This document shows positions 8,924 to 18,013 of a DNA stretch of 27,323 nucleotides, piece after piece (positions within the stretch are counted from its first letter, which is position 1; every line of letters begins with the position of its first letter). The notes beneath the pieces were generated by a model that worked only from the letters and a program-made list of their open reading frames with translations, ran no database searches and had not been told where the DNA came from. Source of the DNA: an uncultured Gammaproteobacteria bacterium (GTDB lineage Bacteria > Pseudomonadota > Gammaproteobacteria > HTCC5015); contig CAYZLE010000001.1 of the NCBI GenBank assembly GCA_964479305.1, positions 1 to 27,323 on the forward strand, written 5' to 3'. The translations under genes and the position numbers were made by a program.

Positions 8924-9973
8924 TTGACTACTAAAACAATAAACGAAAGTCCGCTTGTTGCAAATACTGGCGTACTACCCAATTTTTGCAGCAGCCAAAC
9001 TGTGTTTATCATTATTGTTGTTGCTGAGTTATTAGCTATTGTTATTTCTTTAGCAATAGTTGGTTTAAACAAGCAATTTTTTGTTGTGCTTGCCTCTTCG
9101 TCTTTATTTATTCAAACGGTTGCTTTATTAGACGCTGCCTTTTTGTGCTTTCTTCGTCGCTTTGAAGATACCCTTGAAAACCGGTCCATGATTATTGTTT
9201 CTTATTTGCTAATGCAAGTTACCACCTTGCTGGTGACTTTTGGAAGCCGTGTAGTTTTAGACTCTCTTCATATACCCAATGGTTTTTCTAGCGGAGCTAG
9301 TATCTATATTACTAATCTTTGTATTAGTTTAATAATTTCAGCCATTATCATGCGCTACTTTTATGTGATGCATCAGTGGCAAAAAAAGCAATTAACAGAA
9401 ACCACAAGCAAAATTGCGGCCTTACAGGCGCGTATTCGTCCACACTTCCTGTTCAACAGCATGAATACCATTGCTAACTTAATCCACGATGACCCTAACA
9501 AGGCTGAGGATGCGGTTTTAGATTTAGCTGACTTATACCGTGCGACCTTGTCGGGCGCTGAAATGGTAACCTTAGAGCAAGAGCTGCAACATGCAAATGG
9601 TTATTTACGTATTGAGAAAATTCGCCTAGCTGAACGTTTATCTATTTCTTTAGCTATTGAAGAAGAAAGTAAAAAGCTTTTAATGCCATCTATGATTTTA
9701 CAACCGCTCGTTGAAAACGCGGTTTATCACGGTATTGAGTCGATAGGTGAAGGTGGTACTTTAGAAATTACAGCCTCGACCTACAATAATCGTTTAGAAA
9801 TTCAAATTCGTAACCCTCTAGGCGCAACGAAGGCTGGCCGTCGCCATCAGGGCAATCAAATTGCTTTAAGCAATATTAAGCAGCGCTTACTGTTAACCTA
9901 CGGTAAAAAAGCCTATTTACAAGCGGCACCTAGTGAAACCCATTACACAGTTCATTTGTGTATTCCTATTTAA
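8924..9973 (+). CDS. fimS: LytS-type sensor histidine kinase, FimS/AlgZ ortholog (start re-assigned from 8825 to TTG 8924)
   Basis: N-terminal TMs, ALQARIRPHFLFNSMNTIA, LQPLVENAVYHGIE; ATP lid reads IRNP...GNQIAL. The argH-divergent fimS-algR-hemCDXY order is the one known from Pseudomonas. Confidence 0.8.
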   Translation: MTTKTINESPLVANTGVLPNFCSSQTVFIIIVVAELLAIVISLAIVGLNKQFFVVLASSSLFIQTVALLDAAFLCFLRRFEDTLENRSMIIVSYLLMQVTTLLVTFGSRVVLDSLHIPNGFSSGASIYITNLCISLIISAIIMRYFYVMHQWQKKQLTETTSKIAALQARIRPHFLFNSMNTIANLIHDDPNKAEDAVLDLADLYRATLSGAEMVTLEQELQHANGYLRIEKIRLAERLSISLAIEEESKKLLMPSMILQPLVENAVYHGIESIGEGGTLEITASTYNNRLEIQIRNPLGATKAGRRHQGNQIALSNIKQRLLLTYGKKAYLQAAPSETHYTVHLCIPI

Positions 9974-9993
9974 TTTTACGATAGAATAATAAT

Positions 9994-10731
9994 ATGAATA
10001 TATTAATAGTTGATGACGAAAAACCCGCTCGCGACCGTTTACGCCGACTAATAGAAGGCCAACCTGGCTTATCTGTTTGTGGCGAAGCCGAAAATGGCGT
10101 TCAAGCCCTAAAGGCTTTTGAAGAAAATCCTGCGGACCTTATTTTGCTTGATATTCGTATGCCGGTTATGGATGGAATGGAAGCCGCTAGACACTTAATG
10201 GCTAATGAGCAACCACCCGCTATTGTTTTTACAACCGCTTACGGAGAGCATGCTCTGCAAGCTTTTGAAGCACACGCTGTCGATTATTTGGTTAAACCTA
10301 TACGTGCTGAACGTTTAGAAGATGCGGTTAAATCAGCACAGCGCCTAAATCGCGCACAGCTTGAACAAGTTTCTACTGACTTTACTGAAGACACCGCTAG
10401 AACACATATCTGTATTCGTAAAGGTAACACACTAGAGCTTATTTCAATTCATGATGTTTATTACTTTATGGCCGACAACAAATACGTTTCTATTGTACAC
10501 AGCGGCGGAGAAGCTCTTTTAGATGAGGCTCTCATTAATTTAGAAGAAGAGTTTGATAAAAACTTTTTCCGTGTACACCGTAATGCACTTGTAGCACTTG
10601 ATCAAATTTCTGGCTTAAGCAAAGACGCTGAAGGCGCGCACACTGTTTTACTTAGGGATTCAGATACCGCTATTGAAGTAAGCCGTCGCCACTTGCCCGC
10701 TGTACGTAAATTAGTTCGTAGCAAATCGTAA
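9994..10731 (+). CDS. algR: LytTR-family response regulator AlgR
   Basis: Receiver domain (DDE, LLDIRMP, FTTAY, DYLVKP) plus LytTR domain (YF.ADNKYV, F.RVHRNALV, VSRRH). Confidence 0.85.
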   Translation: MNILIVDDEKPARDRLRRLIEGQPGLSVCGEAENGVQALKAFEENPADLILLDIRMPVMDGMEAARHLMANEQPPAIVFTTAYGEHALQAFEAHAVDYLVKPIRAERLEDAVKSAQRLNRAQLEQVSTDFTEDTARTHICIRKGNTLELISIHDVYYFMADNKYVSIVHSGGEALLDEALINLEEEFDKNFFRVHRNALVALDQISGLSKDAEGAHTVLLRDSDTAIEVSRRHLPAVRKLVRSKS

Positions 10732-10736
10732 AGCAT

Positions 10737-11660
10737 ATGACTGACTTAATTCGTATAGCGACTAGAGCTAGTCCTTTAGCGCTTTGGCAGGCTGAAGAAG
10801 TTAAACGCCTTCTACTTAAAGAACACAAGGGTCTCGCAGTTGAACTAGTACCTATGGTCACTAGAGGTGATAAAATTTTAGACCGCGCACTAAATAAAGT
10901 AGGTGGAAAAGGTTTATTCATTAAAGAACTAGAACATAGCCTTTATGAAAACACTTCTGACATAGCGGTTCATTCTATGAAAGATGTTCCAATGGAGCTG
11001 CCTGAAGGTTTATCGCTACCCGTAACATTAGAGCGTGCTGACCCAAGAGATGCTTTTGTTTCAAACAATTTTACATCTTTAAATGACTTGCCTGCTAATG
11101 CTCGCGTTGGTACCTCTAGCCTACGTCGCCAAGCTTTATTGGCATCTAAGTTTCCAGGTTTCACAATTCTTGATTTACGCGGCAATGTAGGTACTCGCTT
11201 GTCTAAATTAGACAACAACGAATACGATGCCATTATTCTGGCTGCCGCCGGCTTACAACGCCTCGAAATGCCTGAACGTATCGCATCTTTTATTGAAGCA
11301 GAGCAATCACTACCCGCTATAGGCCAAGGTGCTGTTGCTATTGAGTGCCGTAGTAACGACCAAGGCATCATTAAACTCATCGAACCTTTGAACCACCAAG
11401 ACACCTACATCCGCGTACAGGCTGAAAGACAACTTAACTTACGCATGCACGGTGGCTGCCATGTTCCCATTGCTGGTCATGCTGTGATTGATGGTGAAAC
11501 ACTGACTCTCGACGGCTTTATTGGCCTACCCGATGGTAGCAAAAGCTTATCTAGCCGGCATATTGGGCATATTTCTGACCCTATTAGCCTCGGCAATGTC
11601 GTGGCAGATGACTTGCTTTCTCAAGGCGCTCAAGCACTGCTAGACGCTATCGACGCATAA
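10737..11660 (+). CDS. hemC: Hydroxymethylbilane synthase (porphobilinogen deaminase)
   Basis: TRASPLALWQA, GKGLF.KELE, DIAVHSMKD, GTSSLRR, RGNVGTRL, GGCHVP (cofactor Cys). Confidence 0.97.
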   Translation: MTDLIRIATRASPLALWQAEEVKRLLLKEHKGLAVELVPMVTRGDKILDRALNKVGGKGLFIKELEHSLYENTSDIAVHSMKDVPMELPEGLSLPVTLERADPRDAFVSNNFTSLNDLPANARVGTSSLRRQALLASKFPGFTILDLRGNVGTRLSKLDNNEYDAIILAAAGLQRLEMPERIASFIEAEQSLPAIGQGAVAIECRSNDQGIIKLIEPLNHQDTYIRVQAERQLNLRMHGGCHVPIAGHAVIDGETLTLDGFIGLPDGSKSLSSRHIGHISDPISLGNVVADDLLSQGAQALLDAIDA

Positions 11661-11675
11661 ATACAAGGCCGAACC

Positions 11676-12392
11676 ATGAGTACTTTTATCATTACTCGGC
11701 CTCTTGAACTTGGCACCAAGCTACAACAACAACTTTCACTTAAAGGCATAGATAGTCTATTGTTTCCAAGTATAGATATTCTGCCGCTTGAACCTCAGCC
11801 TGCTACTATAAAGCTTAAAACTGATTTCGCCGTTTTTGTTAGCCGAAATGCGGTTAAATATGGCGCTTCACTGCTAGAAAAGGGCCAAGCTACTCTCGCC
11901 ATTGGTGAAACCACCTACAAAGACCTTTCAAACCTAGGCTTTACACCTGTTTTTATGCCCAACAAGCCTTATACCAGCGAAGAATTTTTAGCCCACCCTA
12001 AGCTCGCTATTAACAAAGAGCATAATGTGACTATTATTAAAGGTATTGGTGGGCGCGAGAGTTTGAAACAAGGCCTAAACCAGCTAGCCAAATCTCTTAC
12101 CTCGGTTGAGGTTTACAAGCGTGTTCCTAGCCAGCCCAATATAGCGCTGGTTAATGAGTATCTGTCTCTTCTACAAGCATCATGTGCGGGTATTATAGTT
12201 AACAGCATAGAGACTTTAGATAACCTTTTGGCCATTACCCCCTCTGACTACCATTCGCTACTTAAAGAGCAAGAAATTATTACCGGCAGTCCTCGTGTCG
12301 TTCACGCTCTACGTTCACACAACTTCCTTAAGCCAGCAAAACTTGCGCTTAGCGCCGCTGATACAGATATTCTAAACACCATAAAAACATAA
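11676..12392 (+). CDS. hemD: Uroporphyrinogen-III synthase
   Basis: ITRP, FVSRNAV, AIGETT, SE..L, KGIGGRE.L...L, VYKR, NS.ETL; follows hemC. Confidence 0.85.
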   Translation: MSTFIITRPLELGTKLQQQLSLKGIDSLLFPSIDILPLEPQPATIKLKTDFAVFVSRNAVKYGASLLEKGQATLAIGETTYKDLSNLGFTPVFMPNKPYTSEEFLAHPKLAINKEHNVTIIKGIGGRESLKQGLNQLAKSLTSVEVYKRVPSQPNIALVNEYLSLLQASCAGIIVNSIETLDNLLAITPSDYHSLLKEQEIITGSPRVVHALRSHNFLKPAKLALSAADTDILNTIKT

Positions 12393-12500
12393 GATACTAT
12401 TCTTAATATTTTCCTCTCCTAAAAACCATATAATGTTGTTATAGCGTCTTCTTTAGAAGCGATATACAATGCTATTAACTATTACTGATATAGGCTTGAT

Positions 12501-13700
12501 ATGACTGACAAGACTAAAAAAAACAATGCTGCCAAACCAGCTGATAAAGCTTCTAAGGAAACTGCAAAACCTGCGGACAAAGCAAGTGATAAAGCATCAG
12601 CCCCAAAAGCCACTATAGACAAAAAACCTTCAAGCAAAAATAAAGCTGCGGACAAACCCAAAAAACAAAAAAGTATTAGTTTTTTTAACATCCTTACTTT
12701 TTTAATTGCTTTGTTTACTTTAGTTATGACCTTTCTTTTTGCCTACGAAGGTTACAAGTTTTATCAGAAATATAAAAACTTTAAAAAAGAAACACAATCA
12801 CTTCGCCAGAGCATGTCTAAATTAGAAATTGAATTATCGCAACTGCGCCTATTGGACCAGCAGCCTATAATTCAAAAGCTCATGAACGAAGCAAATGAAC
12901 AAAAGCAATATCAAGCCAACATTCAAGAAACTATAAATAAACGTTTTGAAGACTTTGCACTATCTAATAATGAAACCCGTACTCTTTCAGAACGTACGCG
13001 CAACGACTGGTTTTTGCACGAAATATCTTACCTGCTTCGAATGGCTTCTACGAGATTGTATTTAGCAAAAGATATCGACTCATCAATTGCAGCCTTAACC
13101 CAGGCAGATCTACGAATTAGTGAATTACGAAACCCAATTTATTTACCTGTTCGTAAAACTTTGAGTGAAGAAATTACAGCCTTGCAAGCATTAAGTAAGC
13201 CTGACATAGACGGTACAATTTTAAAAATTGTTGCGATCTTAAATAAACTTTCAACTTTGCCTAAAGCAAAGGTTGAAGAAGAAGGTGAAAAGTCTACTGT
13301 CGCGATTACTAGTGCTAAAGCAGAAGACTGGCTTTCTAAACTATTTAAGCTAATCGGCTTAAAGCGAAACTCAACAGAAGTTGTTATACCTAAAGCTGAT
13401 GATGATATTTTGTTTTTAGAACAGCAGGCGCGCGTTTATTTACGTGAAGCGAAAGAAGCTTTAATTAGCCGTAATGGTGAAGACTTTTCAAAACTTATTT
13501 CTCAAACACAAGCTTTAATTAACGAGCACTACTTGGCCGATGATGAATCTGTAGTTTCAGTTTCTGAGCAACTTCAGAAAATTTCTGAAGCAAACCTTTT
13601 TCCAGAGTTGCCTGATATAACAAAATCTTTAAATTTATTACAATCTATTTTAAACCAGTACAAACGTGTTGATAGCGATAACGAAGCAGTTAAAAATTAG
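12501..13700 (+). CDS. hemX: HemX-family membrane-anchored coiled-coil protein
   Basis: Lys/Ala-rich N-tail, a single TM, coiled coil, W.L.E..YLLR.A..RL.L..D...SIAAL..AD.R and C-terminal LPDIT.SL; sits between hemD and hemY. Confidence 0.75.
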   Translation: MTDKTKKNNAAKPADKASKETAKPADKASDKASAPKATIDKKPSSKNKAADKPKKQKSISFFNILTFLIALFTLVMTFLFAYEGYKFYQKYKNFKKETQSLRQSMSKLEIELSQLRLLDQQPIIQKLMNEANEQKQYQANIQETINKRFEDFALSNNETRTLSERTRNDWFLHEISYLLRMASTRLYLAKDIDSSIAALTQADLRISELRNPIYLPVRKTLSEEITALQALSKPDIDGTILKIVAILNKLSTLPKAKVEEEGEKSTVAITSAKAEDWLSKLFKLIGLKRNSTEVVIPKADDDILFLEQQARVYLREAKEALISRNGEDFSKLISQTQALINEHYLADDESVVSVSEQLQKISEANLFPELPDITKSLNLLQSILNQYKRVDSDNEAVKN

Positions 13701-13721
13701 CCAGGTCTTGAGTAAAGAATT

Positions 13722-15014
13722 ATGAAACATAAAATACTTTTATTTATTATTTTTATTTTGCTACTAAGTGGCTTAGCTGCTTATTTTTGGCAACTCAATA
13801 ATGGCTACGTACTATTAAGTAATAATGACTGGCGCCTTGAAACTTCGTTAAGCCGTTTTATTATTATTGCTATACCTTGTCTGTTTATTCTTTACATGCT
13901 TCTTCGTGTCGTTAATTATTTCTTTGGACTTGTGCCACGCCTAAAACGCTATAGCAAAAACAAACATATTAGCAACGCACATAAATCTACCATATCGGGT
14001 TTAATGTTTTTATTAGAAGGCCGCTGGGCAAAAGCCGAAAAATCTTTTCTAAAAGATATTGAGCACAATAAATCTAGTTTGCTAAATTACTTACTTGCTG
14101 CGCGTGCGGCACATAATTCTGACAATCTAGAAAAACGCGATCAATTTTTAAAAGCAGCGCATGAATCTACACCAGAAGCAGATGTTGCAATAGGCATTAC
14201 ACAAGCGGACTTACAAATCTCTGCTCAGCAATATGACATGGCTTTAGCAACATTAGAGCAACTATTAAAAATTTCTCCTAAACACCCTTATATTATTAAG
14301 CAAATTTCACGCTTATATGTTCAGTTGAAAGACTGGGAAAAATTCTTAAATATATTGCCTTCGGCCCGTAGCCATAAAGTATTTAAAAAAGATGAACTAA
14401 TTTCCTTAGAGTATCAAGCTTATCATTCTATTCTTGTTGCTAAGTCTGCCAGCAAAAATGTAGATGTGCTTTCATCTATATGGAAAGAAGCACCCAGCGA
14501 ACTCAAGTCTGACTCACGCTTTATTAATACGTATACAACCGAGTTAAACAAGTTTGAACAAACCTCAAAGGCTCAAGCAGAAAAAATCCTTAGACAATAT
14601 ATTAATAAAAGCTGGGATGAAGACCTAGTTAGACAATACGGTCTGATTAAACTTGAAGATGCGACCAAGCAGTTAAAAACAGCTGAAAAATGGAATAATG
14701 GTCACGGAAGAAGCCCGATGCTTATGCTGACCTTGGCTCGTCTATGCAGTCGCCTACAGCTGTGGGGCAAAGCTCGCGTGTATTATGAGTCGTCTATAGC
14801 CTTGTTGCCTACCTCAGTTGCTTATTTAGAACTAGCTGAACTATTGAGTGAGAAGTTAGATGAAAAAGACAAGTCTACCGATGTTCTTCGCGCCGGTTTA
14901 GATTTGGCATGTCAAAACAATCAAGACCGGCGCACAAGCGACAAGGTTGCTTCTGACTCTGCATCTGCATTAGACACAACAAGTTCAAGTGCTCTACTAG
15001 GCCGTCGTGACTAA
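13722..15014 (+). CDS. hemY: HemY-family TPR membrane protein (gammaproteobacterial type)
   Basis: NGYVL, two TMs, GL..L.EG.W..AEK, LNYLLAARAA, TPR repeats, LARLC...QLWGKA..Y.E.S. Confidence 0.8.
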   Translation: MKHKILLFIIFILLLSGLAAYFWQLNNGYVLLSNNDWRLETSLSRFIIIAIPCLFILYMLLRVVNYFFGLVPRLKRYSKNKHISNAHKSTISGLMFLLEGRWAKAEKSFLKDIEHNKSSLLNYLLAARAAHNSDNLEKRDQFLKAAHESTPEADVAIGITQADLQISAQQYDMALATLEQLLKISPKHPYIIKQISRLYVQLKDWEKFLNILPSARSHKVFKKDELISLEYQAYHSILVAKSASKNVDVLSSIWKEAPSELKSDSRFINTYTTELNKFEQTSKAQAEKILRQYINKSWDEDLVRQYGLIKLEDATKQLKTAEKWNNGHGRSPMLMLTLARLCSRLQLWGKARVYYESSIALLPTSVAYLELAELLSEKLDEKDKSTDVLRAGLDLACQNNQDRRTSDKVASDSASALDTTSSSALLGRRD

Positions 15015-15900
15015 TCTACTCCTTGGTGCCGGTTATGCTGCTCAACATATTTATAAGCAGCTAACCGCACAAGCTGATTACCAAAACCAAGTTACGTTTT
15101 CTCTCTCACGATCCTCGTCTTTTCTAGACAATAATCATCACTTTTCCGCTGACCTTGATAAGCCAAGTTCTTTAGATGTTTTGTCTACAGACATAAGCTC
15201 CGTAGAAACCATTTTTTATCTTGCTCCACCTAGAAACGAAGGCCTTGAAGAAACTCGCGTTAAACACTTTATTAACTTTTTAAAACGACACTCTTTCGCT
15301 GGTCGCATAATTTATATAAGCACCAGCGGTGTTTATGGAAACTTAGATGGCGCCTGGGCAGATGAAAGCACACCCCATAATCCCGAAACTATTCGTGCTA
15401 AACGACGTGTTTCCGCCGAATCACAATTTTTAGATATTGCCTCGCACACTATTCAAGCCATTATATTACGTGTGCCAGGCATATACGGACCTGGCCGCCT
15501 GCCTATCAATAAAATTATTCAAGGTAATAAAATACTTCGAGAGTCAGAATGCCGTTTTACAAATTTAATCCATGTTAATGATTTAGCAAGTGTTTGCATT
15601 GCGGCGGCAAAAAATGGTTTATCTGGTCAAATTTATAATGTTAGCGACACCAAGCCTGTGACTAGCAGCCTGTACTACAAATTAGTGGCGGAAGTGGCGG
15701 GCCTGCAGCCACCAGAAGAACTCAGCTTTGATGAAGCTGTTGAAATTTTTGATGAAAAGCGCCTTAGCTTTTTAAAAGAGTCAAGGCGCTTAGTTGTAGA
15801 CAAGATGTTATTGGAATTAAAACCGAATTTAGCCTTTACTGATTTACGAAAAGGTATTCAACATGCCTTAGCTAACTCAGACTTTAAAGGTCTTACTTAA
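15007..15900 (+). CDS. NAD(P)-dependent epimerase/dehydratase (extended SDR, YeeZ-like)
   Basis: GTG start overlapping the hemY stop. [17 protein letters not shown]...[25 protein letters not shown]. Confidence 0.8.
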   Translation: MTNLLLGAGYAAQHIYKQLTAQADYQNQVTFSLSRSSSFLDNNHHFSADLDKPSSLDVLSTDISSVETIFYLAPPRNEGLEETRVKHFINFLKRHSFAGRIIYISTSGVYGNLDGAWADESTPHNPETIRAKRRVSAESQFLDIASHTIQAIILRVPGIYGPGRLPINKIIQGNKILRESECRFTNLIHVNDLASVCIAAAKNGLSGQIYNVSDTKPVTSSLYYKLVAEVAGLQPPEELSFDEAVEIFDEKRLSFLKESRRLVVDKMLLELKPNLAFTDLRKGIQHALANSDFKGLT

Positions 15901-16519
15901 TACCAATCCAGTCAAGTAAAGGTTTCCACTCTTCACGGTCAACTGCCGTAGCCTTATTATAAAGCTCCAATATTCCCACACCAGTCGTAGCTGATTTAAT
16001 ATAGTTACTATTTTCGCGAAGAGCTGTTATGTATGGCACACCTTTTAGGTCGTCTAAAAAGTTATCTAAATCTAAAAATATATTAGTGTGTCCACGTGCA
16101 CGGTTGGCCACTACACAAAACTTTGTTTTCTTGCCTTTTATTGCACTGGTGTTTTTTAGCTCTTTAATAAAGCTAGCAGCCGCACGCATATCAATGGGAG
16201 AAGGCAAAACAGGAATAATAAATGTATCGGCACGTTTGGTATATTTCTCTAAATCTTTGCCATGAATTGAAGCTGGCGCATCCATAATCACAATGTCTGT
16301 GCCTCTGGCTTGTACAGCACCTCCATCATGTGCAACATTGCCTTTAATCATTGCTCGAGATTGAGGACGCTCATCAAGCCAGCGCATGCTCGACTCTTGC
16401 GGGTCATAGTCAGCCAATAAAACATTTTTACCTATTGAAGCATAGTAAGCAGCTAAATTTGTAGCAACCGTTGTTTTACCTGAGCCACCTTTAGCATTTA
16501 GTACCATTATTTTACGCAT
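15893..16519 (-). CDS. Stand-alone ParA/MinD-family ATPase (start re-assigned to ATG 16519)
   Basis: Deviant Walker [31 protein letters not shown] lies 7 nt upstream of ATG 16519. Overlaps the epimerase stop convergently by 8 bp. Confidence 0.85.
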   Translation of the reverse strand: MRKIMVLNAKGGSGKTTVATNLAAYYASIGKNVLLADYDPQESSMRWLDERPQSRAMIKGNVAHDGGAVQARGTDIVIMDAPASIHGKDLEKYTKRADTFIIPVLPSPIDMRAAASFIKELKNTSAIKGKKTKFCVVANRARGHTNIFLDLDNFLDDLKGVPYITALRENSNYIKSATTGVGILELYNKATAVDREEWKPLLDWIGIK

Positions 16520-16602
16520 AATGAATCCTCCATCTATTAACTCAACCACTAACTTAACAAAGCTTTAGCGCTTGCGCCAGTAGAAGTTTATATTTTAAAT
16601 TG

Positions 16603-17385
16603 TTATTTTTTAAATTCAGCCCATACAGGTGTATGGTCTGAAGGCCTTTCCCAGGTACGCGGTTCAAGATCTATACCGGCTTTTACACACTTTTCTCTTA
16701 AGCTGTCACTTGCCAAAACCAAATCAATACGTAAACCACGTTTACGTCTAAATGACATGCCTCTATAGTCCCACCAGCTATATGATCTTTCTTCTTGATC
16801 AAATAATCTAAAGGTGTCGCTAAAACCTAGGCTGAGTATTTTGTCTAAAGCTGCACGTTCTTCATTTGTGCAGTGAATTTTATTTAGCCACTCTTCTGGG
16901 TCATGAACATCTTCGTCTTTTGGAGCAATATTAAAGTCACCCAAAATAATGTAGTTTTCATACTGCTGTATTTCAGCAGCAATAAACTGTGTAACCTTAT
17001 CTAACCAATTAAATTTATACGCAAACTTTTCCGTTTCGGGTGCCTGACCATTTACAACATACAAATCTAGTACTCGAACTTTCCCTAACTCTGGGTCATT
17101 AATAGTAGCGGCCATAATCCGTCTTTGCGGGTCATCTAAATCAGGCACGTCAGTTACTATATCTGTAAGTGGCAGCTTACTAATAATAGCCACACCGTTA
17201 TAAGTCGCTTGACCAGAATACTCCACAAAGTAGCCGGCGTCTTTAATGGCTTCTACAGGAAAGTTTTCATCTTTAGTTTTTGTTTCTTGAAGAGCTAAAA
17301 TATCCATTCCGCTAGTCGGCAGCCATTCTAAAACCTGATCTATTCTAATTTTTAAGGAATTTACATTCCAGCTGGCAATTTTCAT
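16603..17385 (-). CDS. xth: Exodeoxyribonuclease III (AP endonuclease)
   Basis: SWNVNS, LQETK, YNGVAI, GDFNIAP, YSWWDYR, GLRIDL, ERPSDHTPV. Confidence 0.95.
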   Translation of the reverse strand: MKIASWNVNSLKIRIDQVLEWLPTSGMDILALQETKTKDENFPVEAIKDAGYFVEYSGQATYNGVAIISKLPLTDIVTDVPDLDDPQRRIMAATINDPELGKVRVLDLYVVNGQAPETEKFAYKFNWLDKVTQFIAAEIQQYENYIILGDFNIAPKDEDVHDPEEWLNKIHCTNEERAALDKILSLGFSDTFRLFDQEERSYSWWDYRGMSFRRKRGLRIDLVLASDSLREKCVKAGIDLEPRTWERPSDHTPVWAEFKK

Positions 17386-17416
17386 TATGTATGTTTTTAT
17401 ATTGTGGCTGTTTGCT

Positions 17417-18013
17417 TTACCAAACTTTCATGCCACTAAATTTTGTTTTAATTCTTTTAGCTAGTAATGAGTAACCCGCAATAAAGCCCATAGTAAATGC
17501 AAACAAACCTACAGCTATCGCCATAAATAAATTACGTGCTTTACCGTTATTGGCATCATCAATTTGTCTTTGCAATGCCATTTTTTCTTGTTCGTAATTA
17601 AACACTTCTGCTGCAGACAAGGCAGGCTCTTCAACTTTTTTTGTTTCTACTTTTACTTCGGGCTTATTTTTAAGCTTATCAATTTCTTTTCTAAGCGCAG
17701 TGTTCTCTTTTTCTTTTTCTGCCAAACGTAAGGCTGCCGGTTTATTGCTTGTTATGTATGAACTTCTTACCCAACCTTCCGTTCCATTTTCTAAACTCAC
17801 TTTCGTGTAGCGCTCACCTTTTTCTATAAACTTTAATTTTGCACCATTCTTAATGGTCGTGAGTCTTTCACCGTCTGAGCTTGCTGTTGGATAAACACTT
17901 AAAAACAATCTATCTCTAACATATAATTGTTGAGCCAAACTTTGTGTGCTTATGCTAATTAATACAAGCGTTAAAACTATTCCTAAGCCTATTCTGAAAT
18001 TCATTATTTTCAT
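17417..18013 (-). CDS. SH3b domain membrane protein (YgiM-like)
   Basis: Signal peptide, YV.D.L...V...GWV..SY SH3b region, coiled coil, C-terminal TM with basic tail. ATG overlaps the prlC TGA. Confidence 0.75.
   Translation of the reverse strand: MKIMNFRIGLGIVLTLVLISISTQSLAQQLYVRDRLFLSVYPTASSDGERLTTIKNGAKLKFIEKGERYTKVSLENGTEGWVRSSYITSNKPAALRLAEKEKENTALRKEIDKLKNKPEVKVETKKVEEPALSAAEVFNYEQEKMALQRQIDDANNGKARNLFMAIAVGLFAFTMGFIAGYSLLAKRIKTKFSGMKVW

Noticed and set aside
12440-12466. Imperfect inverted repeat in the hemD-hemX spacer, near TATAAT (12429) and TACAAT (12465)
   Set aside because: It has a bulge, a mismatch and a 2-nt loop, with no T-run and no convincing -35; cannot be assigned.
16086-16101. 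CACGTG cores here and in dnaA (about 26349 and 26523) as extra parS sites
   Set aside because: The flanks do not match the parS arms.
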